Notes under the pieces: model-generated
What the model saw: only the letters and a program-made list of their open reading frames with translations
Databases searched by the model: none
Told to the model about the DNA's origin: nothing
Assembly: GCF_006345805.1 (NCBI RefSeq)
Contig: NC_043004.1
Location: 26,908,001 to 26,972,000 of the forward strand
Direction: 5' to 3'
Origin: Octopus sinensis
Lineage: Eukaryota
Length of the DNA: 64,000 nucleotides
Made by a program: the position numbers and the translations under genes
In this document: positions 24,680 through 36,947 of the stretch, one piece after another
Position numbering within the stretch: the stretch's first letter is position 1
Layout: every line of letters begins with the position of its first letter

Positions 24680-26172
24680 ATTTACAAAAGAAATGAACAT
24701 GAAATTTTGGCTTAGAAAAATGGGTCAAAGCAACCTTGAAAAGAGGAAAACTAGTAAAAAGCAACAACATCACACTAGATAAAGCAAATGAAATAAGAGA
24801 ATTAGACCAAAGCCAGATATAAAAATACTTAGGAATCAATGAACTACATACGATGCAACACACACAAATGAAAGAGAAGATAAGAAAGGAATACTATAGA
24901 TGAGTTAGATTAATACTGAACACAGAACTCAATGCGAAAAACAAGATAATTGGTATCAACACTCTAGCCATCTCAGTTATACATTACAACTACAATATTC
25001 TTAACTGGACTCTAAAATGAACTAATCAAAATAGACAGGAAAACAAGAAAAATAATGACAGAATTTAGGATGCACCACTCAAAATCTGACATAGAAAGGT
25101 TATATATACAACCAATTGAAGATTGTAGAGGCCTTATACAGCTAGAAAAGTATTATAAAATTACCGCCATAGGATTACAGAAATACTGAAGTACAGAAGC
25201 AAGACAAACTGATACAAATAGCCACAAAATATGAGCAAAACAAAAACTGTCTTTAAGGAAGCCAAAATATACAAAAAAGAAGTCACAGTATCTGACAACT
25301 ATAAAGAAAAAGAAGAAACAATAAAAGCTGTAAAACAATTGAAATCCAAACTGAAACTGGAACATCAGTGTATCATGACAAAACGATGGCAAGAAAAGCC
25401 CCTACATGGCAAATATTAGGTTAAACTAAATAGAAAATAGAAACTAGACAAAGCAAAATTCCAACAATGGTTAAGATACTCAGAACTCAAAGCAGAGACT
25501 GAAGGATTTTTAATTGCAGCACAAGATCAAAGCCTTCACACCAGAAGTGACCAAAAACATATAATGAAAAGAAAATACCAGTAATTGCAGAATATGTAGT
25601 GATGGAGAAAAAACAATATATCATATTGTCTGTAGTTGCCCAGTCCAGGCTAAGAAAGAATATATACACAGGAAGCTATGCTAGCATTATGAAATAACAA
25701 CAGAAAAAGTGGGTATAGGCACGCCCCAGCAAAGTTCACAGAAAATGAGAAAGCCACCATACTCTGGGATATGCCAATACACACAGATAGAGAAATCAAA
25801 ACTAATAGACCAGATATAGTTATCAGAGATCACTAAGAAAAAAGATGCCTTCTAATTGATGTATCAATATCAACAGATGACAACATTTCTCTAAAAGAAA
25901 CAGCGAAACTTTCAAAATGCAAAGATCTGGAAATAGAAGTAACTCAAATGTAGAGCCTAAAAACGGGAACAATTTTTATGATAGTAGGTTCATTAGGTAT
26001 GATAAAAAAACATTCAGACAAATACATAACAAAAACGCCAGGACTAACAAGTGTATAACATACAGAAAATAGCACTACTAGGCATCACACACATATCCTA
26101 CATAAAGCACTTTCAATACAGTGAAAATAAGAACTCCTGTAACAAACCAAAGCACATACTCAATGACAACTG

Positions 26173-26222
<50 letters not shown>

Positions 26223-26250
26223 TAATAATATAAATAATAATAATAATATA
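24680..26250 (+). mobile_element. R4/Dong-like element, 3' 1.5 kb with (TAA)n tail
   Basis: FGLEKW.KATLKRGK...KYLGINE...NKIIGINTLAI...WQEKPLHGKY...LKAETEGFLIAAQDQSL...LWDMPIHTDREIKTNRPDIVIRD; tail 26175-26250. Confidence 0.9.
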
Positions 26251-27049
26251 AATAAATAAATGTAAAATGTAAAAAATTAAATCAAGGTGTTTAAGAAGTT
26301 AACAATGGTACTAATGTCTCCCTGATTTATATGTTTTTAAACTGCTGCCTCAATAGAGATACATGGATAAAAGTTTCCAGGTCATGATGCCAGACTTTCA
26401 CTGATAAACTGTAATGTTCTAGAAAGTCTATTGTCTAATTCTGACATCTTGAAGAACTGAGACACTCAATAATTGCTTTGTCGGCATTGTTAGCAATCTT
26501 CAGTGAACAATATCAATTTATAGTGACTATCTTCTTTGATTAGTCTTTTACTATTTTTACTCTTCAACATAAATTGTTTCAAATTATATTACATTCCATT
26601 CTATTCTTATTGTAAATTATCATTTTCATTATTATTGTTGTTGTTGTTGTTGCTATTATCATTGTTGCTGCTATGGTTATATCATTTTTATTATATTGTT
26701 ATCATCATCATCATCATCATCATCATCATTGTCATTATTATTGTTATTTTAGTTTTTTCTACTCAGTACAGAATAATAATTCAATTTTTTGTACATTAGG
26801 TTTTTGAGAAATTTTTAAAGCTTTTAGAGATAATGAAGTTATACTGCTTTCTAGGTGATGGTGAGGAGAAGGAAGAGGATGGAAATGAAAGGAAGGAAGT
26901 GGAGGATTAAGATGACAATGATGATGACGACGACGATGATGACAATGATGGCTGCAACCATAATGATGATGGTGATAATGATGGTGATGAGGTAGAAGAG
27001 GAGGATAATGACAATCATTATGATAATGACTACAATGATGGCAATCATC

Positions 27050-27195
27050 ATTATCATCATCATTGTTTAACGACTGCTTTCCATGCTAGCATGGGTTGGA
27101 CGATTTGACTGAGGAGTGGTGAACCAGATGGCTGCAGCAGGTTCCAATCTTGATCTGGTAGAGTTTCTACAGCTGGATGCCCTTCCTAACGCCAT
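27050..27195 (-). mobile_element. RTE 3' tail embedded in (GAT)n/(CAT)n repeats
   Basis: TTTAACGACTGCTTTCCATGCTAGCATGGGTTGGACG...GCTGGATGCCCTTCCTAACGCC. Confidence 0.88.
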
Positions 27196-27559
27196 GATGA
27201 TGATAATTATGATGATGATGATGATGATGGGGATGATGATGATGATTTCATTTTGGGTAAGTCTAAATAGTTTAGGTGTAAATATACAAGCTATAACGTC
27301 TTGGTGCTATGTTGAACCTAATTTTAATTCTTAAATGTTATGATTTCATTTAAGAAATTGAGGTTTTCAGGGAATCTACTAAAGTTCCATATCATATTCC
27401 TCTCTTCTGTCTTATCATTCTCTAACTTCAATGTATATTAACAAAATATCATATATGAGCAAAACATATATGTGTGAATTTGTCTGCTTGCATTCATATT
27501 TGCTTACATATTTATATTCATATTACACATATCACTGTTACCATCAGTATTATGTCTGT

Positions 27560-27900
27560 TTTTGAACCAGCTTTCTTGTTGCTTTACTTTGTCAGCTTCT
27601 CTGTGAAGTTCAGCTTCTTGAGATCAGTCATCACTACTTTGTCCCATTCTTCCTAAGTTTTTCTTTCATGTGTTCCTTGCACAGAGATTGTTTGGTAATT
27701 CGTTATACAAGTGCTATATGCATGGAATTTCCATACCTGCACAGCCTTGAATACAACATCATCAACTTCCTCTTCAGACTATTCTCCATCTCAGCTTATT
27801 TGTGCTACATCAATCATGATCACTAACATTACACTTCTAGCCGTGCAGAATATACTTGCTTCATTTCATTCCATCCTCATGTATCTTCCACATTTACGCA
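27560..27900 (-). mobile_element. old RTE-like ORF-end fragment
   Basis: The - strand reads ...EWDKVVMTDLKKLNFTEKLTK, similar to the RTE C-terminus WDEVVKxDL. Confidence 0.45.
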
Positions 27901-28445
27901 CTAAATTTTGCTTCCATACACTTCATGTTCAGTACTCTACCAATTCTACACTCCACTGCTTTTGGAAGCTTCTATGTGCTCACTTAAATAGCAAGAAATG
28001 GCAGTCATTTCTCCCTCAAATCACATGCTACAGTCTGGATAATAGAAAACATACATTGGAGAATGTAGTTTTTGCTATACTCGTGAATTTTAGGGAAGGC
28101 CACGGTGGAAACATCTTCGAAAATGGGACTAAATGACAGAGTGAAATATTAAGCAACACTAACAATAAATCAAAGAACATAAAAATAAACAAGCTTTTGA
28201 CGGTTTTATAGAAGGTATAATCTCATCTTTCATGGTCTTCAACTTTTAAAACTATATTTCTGTTAGTCTATAATATTACAAAGGAATGCCAGAGTACTAA
28301 AGTTACTAATATACAATGAATTAATGAATTAATGCATGACACTAACAGCAATTAGTTTCTTTTCTCTTTTTTTTTTGCACCTTTTTTGAGATGTTATTGA
28401 TTTAGTCATATAGAACTAAAATGAAAAGGAAATTACAATTACTGC

Positions 28446-28945
28446 AATGCTGTAGCATGGCCACAACCCAGTTTCAATGATCCCAAATGGTCACAACTCA
28501 CTGAGAATAGACTTACATGGACACAACCCATAGAGAATGTGGTCAAATCCCAGTAGCAATAACCTAGTATGGCCATAAACAACCCTTTAGGAATGGCCCA
28601 GAATGGCCACAAGCAAGTAACAGTGCCACAGTATGACCACAATTCAGAAGCAATGCTTCAGTGCAATCACAACCTGATAGCAGTACCTTAGTATGGCAAC
28701 AAACCAGAGGCAATGTTCCTGTTTGCCCACAATTCAGTAGCAACAGCCTAGTATGACCATGATCCTATAGCAGTGTCCTGGTATGGCTACAACCAAGAAA
28801 CCCAGTAAGGGCACAACCCATTGACAATATCCTAGCATACCCACAACCTAATGAAAGTGCTACAATCTACTAGCAATGCCTCACATACAACGCCCTAGTA
28901 TGGTCACAACCCATATAACAATATCCTAATATGACTATAACCCAG
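28446..28945. repeat. degenerate 30-bp tandem repeat (about 16 units), consensus near AGTATGGCCACAACCCAGTAGCAATGCCCT
   Basis: ATGG/ATGAC...CACAAC recurs at 30-nt spacing (e.g. 28457, 28487, 28517; GTATG at 28631, 28691, 28751, 28781). Confidence 0.85.
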
Positions 28946-29634
28946 TGTATGAAAACAGTTAAAGAGTAAAAATACAGGGTTTAGACAAAATGGAAACACC
29001 TAGCATCATAATTTTGAAATATCTATAAAACTGACAGAAGCTTGTTTATTTTTATGCTTTTTTTTTTATTTATAATTAGTGTTGCTTAATATGTTTTGCT
29101 AAAATTGCTGTTTCTTTTCAGATATCATCAGAAAAAGATAATTAAAAGAAGTTATGTGATAGCCTGCAAGTTCATAAAAAAACATTGAAATCTGTAGAAA
29201 AAGTTTTGGAGTCAAGAAACATCAAAACTGGAAATTCCCAGAACAAATCAGAATGCAGAACAGGCAATCAAATGCCTTCAGGATCTTTATGATGTTTGTA
29301 TAAAGGAGAAACTTCAGTTTTGATTTATTTTATCTAACAAAACATATTAATTCTTTGTTATGTTTAAAAGTTTGCTAACATTCAGCACCCTTTTTCTTAT
29401 GTAATTATTTAAAATTGTAATTAAACCTATTGAGTTAAAAATATGTATTGTTTTTAATTTTATATCTTATCAAATGCTTCTAGTGGCCTCTGTCTTAAAA
29501 TATCCTAGTTTTGAACCTTTGCATAGAGCAATTTCAATTCAGTAATCTTAAAAATGTATAAATACATTTTTATTCCATATCTCTCTTGCATTTACAAGGA
29601 TTTAATAATAAGTGGAAATACTGATGTTTTATTA

Positions 29635-29830
29635 TAGTTTTAAAAGCCCATAACTCCGAAACTACTTCAACTAGAAAGCTGAAATTTCAGACATACTATT
29701 TCTGCATTGCATTGAGTCAGCACACCAAGTTTGGTAAAAACTCGAGCAGGTGTTATGAACCCCCACCCCTACAATTTTGCATGATTCGGGTGATAGATTT
29801 CTTAAGTTGGGAGTGATGTTTTTTTTAAAT
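29635..29830. mobile_element. possible Helentron-associated (HINE/DINE-like) fragment
   Basis: CCATAACTCCGAAACTACTTCAACTAGAAAGCTGAAATTT...CACCAAGTTTGG wording is typical of such elements; no termini established. Confidence 0.3.
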
Positions 29831-30410
29831 AAAGCAAAATAAATGTTAGTTTCCTGACTTTTATAAAATTATTCATCGAATTACAATATATTAGGTTGTG
29901 AAAAAGTCATAACCCTGTTACATGTACCATCACAATCTTAATTCAGTTTTCATCACAACCATCCCACGAACAGGAATGTGAAACTCTGAGTAACAGTTCT
30001 GTGATAATTTTGCAGCTTTAATAGAAATATATTACTCTACTTTTGATATTTGAATATATATATATATATATAAAAGAAAATTTTGATGCATTTTCAACTT
30101 TTTAGCAATATTTTTACACACACACACACACACACTCACACACACGCACACATACATATATATGTGTGTGTGAAACACAAGTAAATATTGGTAGATAGGA
30201 TGATGTGAAATGTAGGGTAACAAAATACATAAATAGGAAAATAAGGTTAAAGGATAGAAAGCTGAGAAAAATACTTCTTACTTTTTATTGTATTTGGTTT
30301 TCATGAAGAACAAAAATAACTTTGGTAAATGGAAAATAAAACCAAAACTATCTGTTTATTAGATTAGGTTATTCATGTAAATATATTCCGTGAGAACTGG
30401 CTGTTCCTAG

Positions 30411-30528
30411 GCTACAGCTGAACATTTTGCTTCACCATGACATATCTTGTATAGATTCTATTATCTTTCTTGCTGATGACGTTGTTAGTAAATCCTGCAG
30501 CTTAGATAGAAGAGAAAAAAAGATTAAG
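30411..30528. other. exon candidate, strand ambiguous
   Basis: On +: CTAG|GCTACAG| then open LNILLHHDISCIDSIIFLADDVVSKSCSLDRREKKIK, AAG|GTAAGA donor at 30529. On -: long pyrimidine tract, AG| at 30500, LQDLLTTSSARKIIESIQDMS, |GTGAAG at 30435. No homology recognised. Confidence 0.25.
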
Positions 30529-31523
30529 GTAAGATAACAACTTTTACCAATCAAAAAAAAAGGGGGGGCCTAATATTTTAGAAGAAATAAGAAAAACTAA
30601 CATCATTTTCCTAGATTGTCTCCGTTAGGATGGTTTAACACATAGTGAGAGAAGTCTTCTGGGGGATATACACTAATAATCTATTGGAAAAGTTAAGACT
30701 GATCAAGCAATGTTTTCCGAGCAGGAATCTGGTCATTATAAATTCATATAGTTGCATTATATTCTTGTTAGTATTTTATTTCTGTAGCAAGGTTACTAAG
30801 AGGCAGAAATCAAATCAGTGTTCTCTTAAGATTCTTAACACTACTTAATCCATTCTGAAACACTAAAACACTGTATTAAATAAGATCAAATTTATCTAAA
30901 CTTTGACAGCTCTTTTCCAACATTAATACTCCCCACTTCAGAAACGCTGTTACTACATTATTTACTATTTATTGCACATAGAGTTCATAGAGGTCAAAGG
31001 GTATTTTGCCATAGTCTCAACATGTCAGTTTTGTAATTCCGATTCAATATTTGGTTAAACCATTTCACTTCAGCTTATTGCTTGCTTCTGTAAATTCCAA
31101 AAATATTCAACAAGTTGAAGACACAAAGATTCACTCTAGCAGGTTGTCTTGTTTCCAACTCACTACAAGAAGACAAATATGTTAGGTGCTGATCTAATTA
31201 CTCAGAAAAGTTCATGAAACATCTTCATCTCAGTTCACATGAAGTGACTAATTTAAATCTAATTAAATTCATTCTTTCATCCCTTTATTTCATCTCCATT
31301 TTCCTATACTAGCATTGGTGTGGGACAAGTGTTCTTCCTCTTGCCAACCTTCACCTGTTTTCAAGCACTTTTCTAGTGAGAGATCTTTTTATTCTTTGGG
31401 TTTTTAAAAGTGCAGGACAACCATTTATAACATGAGCAAGGAATGTAAACCTCATATCACCATTTCATCCAGATGGTGACAAGCAAAGTTGCAGAATGTC
31501 TATAATCACACACATATACACAT

Positions 31524-31589
<66 letters not shown>

Positions 31590-31975
31590 AAACAAAACAA
31601 AAAATGGAACAAGAATGTAATAGGCGACAACAAAACATTTGGACAGTTAGATGATACTAAAAAAGGACAGGAAAAAACAAGGACAGGTCATTCAGAGCTT
31701 TCAATCTTCAGTCAAGTACCAGATCATCTTTACAGTTTTGGCCGGTTACTCTCAAGAATGCTCTAATCTGGCCGGCCTCAATAAAATCTAAGCTAAGATC
31801 ACTTGATTCTTTGGAAGAAAGCAAGTGAATGTATACGTAAACAAGGATGAAAAAACGGAGAAATGGTACATGATTACAAATACAAACATCAGGACATCAA
31901 CAACAGGTGTCTTTCGATTAAGGAGAAATTAAATTAAGCTAGCATGTGTGGAAGTGAAGCCTTACAACAGGAACA
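31590..31975 (+). mobile_element. dispersed repeat homologous to 2250-2670
   Basis: TCTTCAGTCAAGTACCAGATCATC...CAACAGGTGTCTTTCG...GAAGCCTTAC; follows (TA)n. Confidence 0.7.
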
Positions 31976-32354
31976 TAGAAGATGAAAGTCATGGGAAGGA
32001 ATATAAGAGATGCTACACAGATGGTAGTCGAACCAAGAAAGAAAAGTCAGGCTTGGTCAAACACTGGTCACATGGAAGGAGAGAAGAGAGGTAGGGGTAT
32101 AGTGATTGAAGAATTAGGGAGGGATGAAAAAGAGAGAGAAAAGGTAAGGAACAGAGCAAGGTAAAGGAGGAGGGAAAGGGATGAGAATGAAGGGAAGGCC
32201 AAGAAATGTGAGAGAGAGTGGGAGCAAGAAAAAGAAAAGTGGAAGGAATGAAGAAAGTGTGAAGGGGGCTAAAAGAAAGAGTAAAAGAGTTGTACAGAAT
32301 TTAGATATATATGTATGTACTTACATATAGGAGACCAAAAGTGTACATGCACTA

Positions 32355-32720
32355 CTATATGTATATATAAAAAAAACAAAATACAAAATGGGACAAGAAC
32401 GTAGCAGGTGACAACAAAACATTCGGACAATTTGGCAATACAAAAAGGACAAAAAAAAAAACAGGGACGGGTCATGAATATGTGTATTTATATGTGTGTA
32501 TGTGTGTGTGTATATATATATGTGTGTGTGTATATATATATATGTGTGTGTATATATATATAAAATACAAAATGGGACAAGAACGCAAGACATCCGGACA
32601 GTTAGGTGATACAAGACTGGGACAATAAAACATCAAGACAGACGATACAAAGAAAACAAGGATGGGTCATTCGAAGTTTTCTTTCTTCAGTCAAGTACCA
32701 GATTATCTTCGCAATTTCGA
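32355..32720 (+). mobile_element. two tandem partial copies of the same repeat separated by (TA/TG)n
   Basis: AAAATACAAAATGGGACAAGAACG occurs at about 32378 and 32562. Confidence 0.75.
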
Positions 32721-32892
32721 TATTGATTGATATTTAGGAGAAGTAACAGAGTAACTCAAGGTCCAAGAGTTTCATGTGTTGTTGTTACTTCTGCTAAATA
32801 TTAATAAAATTATACATATACTCATATTCTGAGTTTTCCTTTTCCTGTTTGCACCAACATACCTATATATATGTATGTATATAATATATATG

Positions 32893-33090
32893 TGTATTAA
32901 GACTACCATTGGTTTCATGTTAAGAAAATATCTTAATATCTCAAGGATTTTTCAAGCCAATCATATGGAGGAATGATGCTCATTTGTCTGCCGAATGGAG
33001 ATGAACACCATTCCTTTATATGATTGCTTGAAAAATTGGTAAGATATTAAGACATTCTCTTAACATAAAACAAATGATAGCCTTAATACA
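32893..33090. mobile_element. 198-bp palindromic MITE-like hairpin
   Basis: TGTATTAAGACTACCATTGGTTTCATGTTAAGAAAATATCTTAATATC... versus the reverse complement of ...GATATTAAGACATTCTCTTAACATAAAACAAATGATAGCCTTAATACA; about 90-bp arms, about 13-nt loop. Confidence 0.85.
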
Positions 33091-33197
33091 AAAATAAAGA
33101 AATTTTATCCACCAATGTGGTGTTGAGTATTCATTTGCATTGCTCAAGATTTACATATATATATATATGTAAATATATATACTTATGAGATAAGGAT

Positions 33198-33925
33198 ATA
33201 ATTAAAAAATGCCTATATCAGTGGCCTAGTGCATAAAAGTTACCGTATAGGTGAATTTTTTAATACCTCTAATTATGAAATATAATTATAATTAAGGGCT
33301 ACTGGATATAACCAGTGCCTGTGCTGGAAGTAGATGTGAAATACCTACAATCAACAATAAAATTTGTTCTATATATTCAACCACATGTCTAACGCGAGGG
33401 AATGAGCAAGAAAATATACAAAAATTTGGGATAACTATACCTCGAGATTTCATGGTCTGCAAGAAATTGCTCTGCATTCATCATTAGAAGTATATCAATA
33501 ATATATAAATGAGAAATACATCTATGCCTCGATAAATACATTCATGGATACCAATACATACAGGGATTTCCTGTGTATACATTCCAACTACCAGCCCATC
33601 TCGGCCACGCAGTTAATGTTAGAAATATTACAGAGTAAATGCAGTCCAACACAATTACATGCTGACCAGAGAACTTTAAAATTATTTATTCGTATAAGAA
33701 TATAATCAAAAAATGATTATATCAGTGGCCTAGTGCATAAAAGCGACCACATAGGTAAAATTAATTTTTTTTAAACATATAATTATAAAGTATAATTATA
33801 ATTCAGGGCTACTGGATATAACCAAAATCTGCAATAGAAGCAGATGTCAAATACCTATAATCCATTCTAAAATTTTTTCTCTATATCCAGTAGCACTTAA
33901 TTATGATTATATTTTATAATTATAT
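33198..33925. mobile_element. element with about 185-bp direct repeats (504-bp spacing) plus a short inverted tail
   Basis: TATATCAGTGGCCTAGTGCATAAAAG exact at 33214 and 33718; 33882-33925 is the reverse complement of about 33777-33820. Confidence 0.75.
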
Positions 33926-34214
33926 ATATATTATAGGCTTCCATACAGTTTCCATCCACCAAATTCACTCACAAGGCATTGCTCAGTCAGAGGATACAGT
34001 GCAAGACACATTGTCTATGACAATTCAGATAATAAACTTGAAATAGGTGAACAGTTCACTGCAGGATGTAAGGGGTGCTGTATAAAGTTTTGTTGACAGA
34101 AAGGAACACCAACAGAACAATGCTTTTTTACAGCAACAGAGTTATCTCTTCATCTATTTAGCATCACAGAAACTCGCTACAAGCATTAAAATCATTGGAG
34201 CATTAGAGAAAATG

Positions 34215-34660
34215 CCTTGTTTATTTCTTCTGGCTTTGTACATTCTGAGTTCAAACCCCACTAAGATCAACTTTGAAGGTTATAGAATGTTATAGAATGA
34301 TAAAATTAGATATGAATGAAGTACTGGTATTGACTAATCCCCTCTTCTTGTGTCTCAATTAAAACCTATATTTGCATTTAGCTTACACTTCTTAATAGAT
34401 TCCTTTGGCTCCTTATTACTGATAAATGATTAATCCAAGAAATAACAGCAAATAATTCTTTTGATGGAAATCAGTGAAACACCAGTCATAACCAACAATA
34501 ATCTAATGACTGCAAACAGTTAATGATTTTAAATATCAAAATAAAGACACAGATATGGCTGTGTGGTTACAGACATCATTTAACAAGTATGTGGTTGGGC
34601 ATCTTGGGCACAGGTTACTACTGTAGCCACAGGCTGACCAATGCCTTTTCAGTGAAATTG
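34215..34660 (+). mobile_element. degenerate SINE B and SINE A fragments
   Basis: CATTCTGAGTTCAAACCCCACTAAGATCAACTTTG (34240-34275) and ATGGCTGTGTGGTTA...CATCTTGGGCA...GACCAATGCCTT (34555-34650). Confidence 0.55.
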
Positions 34661-35455
34661 GAAGTGAGGAACTTTAGTGGAAAGTGTCTGGCAGAGATCT
34701 GTTTTTTGTGACCAAGAGAAAGTAACATTCTGAAAGGCCCATTATTGTCAGGATGGTCAGGTTCTCCCAGCAGGTCAAAGGTATCTTTTCTAACAATGTC
34801 AGTGGGTAAACAAGAGACATTGCTGGGAAACTCAAGGTAGCAGAGTCTACTATCGGACATGTTACTCAACAACACATGCTATAAGAGGAGGACAGAGCCA
34901 CCTAGCAAGAACAACCAAGTGATCATGTGACCCTTAGTATCATGTGGTCCCTAATTGTGCTGATTTGAACATCCTGGGCTGCTACTCCAGGAGAATCATT
35001 AGTGGGCAAGGATCATTCACTGGCCTCACAATACTGAAGACTCATTAAGGGTTGGGTTTATGAATGTAGTGGGTTGTAGGGAAATGGACCCCTGATCCCA
35101 GCATGCGGTTGCTTCCATGACAGTAAAGTGTAAAGCTATTAGAGCCCTTTAGCCTTATCAAAAACACAATGCCTCTCTAGTATTGGGGCCACAAAAAAAA
35201 GCAGCCCGTACACTCTGTCAAATTGGTGTTAGGAAGGGCATCAAACAGTATAACCAAAACATTTTTCACTTTTCTCATGGTAAATATTCTCTCTTTTCCC
35301 ATATATATATATAAAAAATTACCACATACTCTTTCACTCTCTATGAAAGTATATTGATCATGCTGAATGTGTGTGTGTATGTATGTGTGTAAGGAATTTC
35401 ATTAGGATGACAGAGTCATTTTAAAAGGTATGTAAAAGATAATTTATTTTAAAAA

Positions 35456-36300
35456 CATACTTTTCTGTGAGTAAATATATTTTTTTCTTACAAACATGCA
35501 CACACACACACGTGCGCATGCACACACACATGTGCGCATGCACACACACACACGCACACACACATGCACACACAGACTCACTTGATGTGGGGTGGGGGTT
35601 AAGATTTGAATTACAAAATTTATTTTGTTGTTGCATAATTTTCACCAATGGACCACTGCATCATCATTCCATAAAATGTGTTTATGGGGAGAAATAAAGG
35701 AAGTGGAGATTGTAATGGTGATCACTGATTTCAAGAATACTCTTTAACCTTCAAGGCTTTTCCTTTTGTTTTTAAGTTTTTATATTTTATTTTCAAATGG
35801 AAAATGAAACAATTTTTTAAAAATAGTGAAATCTTTTTAAAACTTTTCATTAATTCCATCCTTCCATAAATCCTAAATTTTTTTGAAATTCTTTTTAATC
35901 ATAGTTTTAAAATATGGACTGTCCAAATCTGCAATCTGTTTCTGTTTATAATTTCAAACTAATTTTCAGACAAAAAAGTGTGTGATTTAAGGGAGATTTA
36001 GCTGTTGTTTCTAGCATATCATACACCCTTACCTATTTCTATGTCACTCTGACATGAATTGATGTTTTTCAATATTTTTCTCCCCATAAACATATTTAAT
36101 AGAATGATGATGCAGTGGTCAATTGCTGGGATTTAAACAACAAAAAATAATTTTTTAATTTAAATTTTGAACCCCCACACTACATTGTGTGTTTGTGTTT
36201 GTGTGTGCGCGTGTGTGTGTGTGTGTGCGTGTGTGTGTGTGTGTGTGTGTGAGTGTGTGTGTGTGAGAAAAACTACATATTTACTAACAGAAAAGTATTG
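35456..36300. repeat. inverted repeat pair (about 240-bp arms, each with an internal CA/TG tract), about 375-bp spacer
   Basis: ATACTTTTCTGTGAGTAAATAT ... GACCACTGCATCATCATTC...GTTTATGGGGAGAAA matches the reverse complement of 36073-36300. Confidence 0.85.
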
Positions 36301-36652
36301 CAAAAAATTTGGCCAAAATTAGCACCGGGTTGGGAAGAGGAGTTTGAAATAATTCCTGAATTTTCCAGAAGATTTAAATTTCTTTTTAATAAAAAGGCTT
36401 CTCCCATTGTACATAATGCAAAAAATTGGACAAAATCGGTCTAGAAGTGGGGGAGGAGAGATTCATAAACTTTCAAAAAATTTTTTCATTAACAGCTTCA
36501 CCCCATCATTTGCGAGGGTGTGGTGGAAAAAATATTTGAAAGATCCCTGTCGAAAGGAAGAAAATCCAATATTTGTAGGTATGCTATTCCAAAAATCTGG
36601 CAAGATATTTTATTGTGAAAATTACATGTCAAAGACAGGATACTCAGCTAGT
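36301..36652 (+). mobile_element. possible Helitron/Helentron-derived non-autonomous element 3' part
   Basis: Ends GACAGGATACTCAGCTAG|TA. Confidence 0.35.
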
Positions 36653-36659
36653 ATATATA

Positions 36660-36770
36660 TATCATCATCATCATCATCATCATCGTTCAACGTCCGTTTT
36701 CCATGCTAGCACGGGTTCGACCGGGATCTGGGAAGCCAGGAAGTTGCACCAGGCTCCAGTCTGATCTCGC
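36660..36770 (-). mobile_element. short RTE 3' tail
   Basis: (CAT)n GTTCAACGTCCGTTTTCCATGCTAGCACGGGTT; preceded by (TA)n. Confidence 0.88.
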
Positions 36771-36947
36771 ACTTTCTCTCTTTCTCTTTCACTATTTTGT
36801 TATTATATGATGGAATGCCACGCATCCACTTCCAAGTAAGTTTTATCTTAATATATATATTTAGTATAATTTGCTCTTCTTTTTCAAGCAGAGCCATACA
36901 ATCACGAATTGTTGAATTGTGAAAACTTCATGTGTGTGTGTGTACAA

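Noticed and set aside
27711-28136. 141-aa + strand ORF
   Set aside because: No recognisable motif; largely antisense to a decayed RTE-like fragment.
29122-29320. Strong acceptor TGCTGTTTCTTTTCAG followed by purine-rich sequence
   Set aside because: All three frames hit stops within about 8-22 codons and no good donor follows; could be a terminal or non-coding exon but is unsupported.
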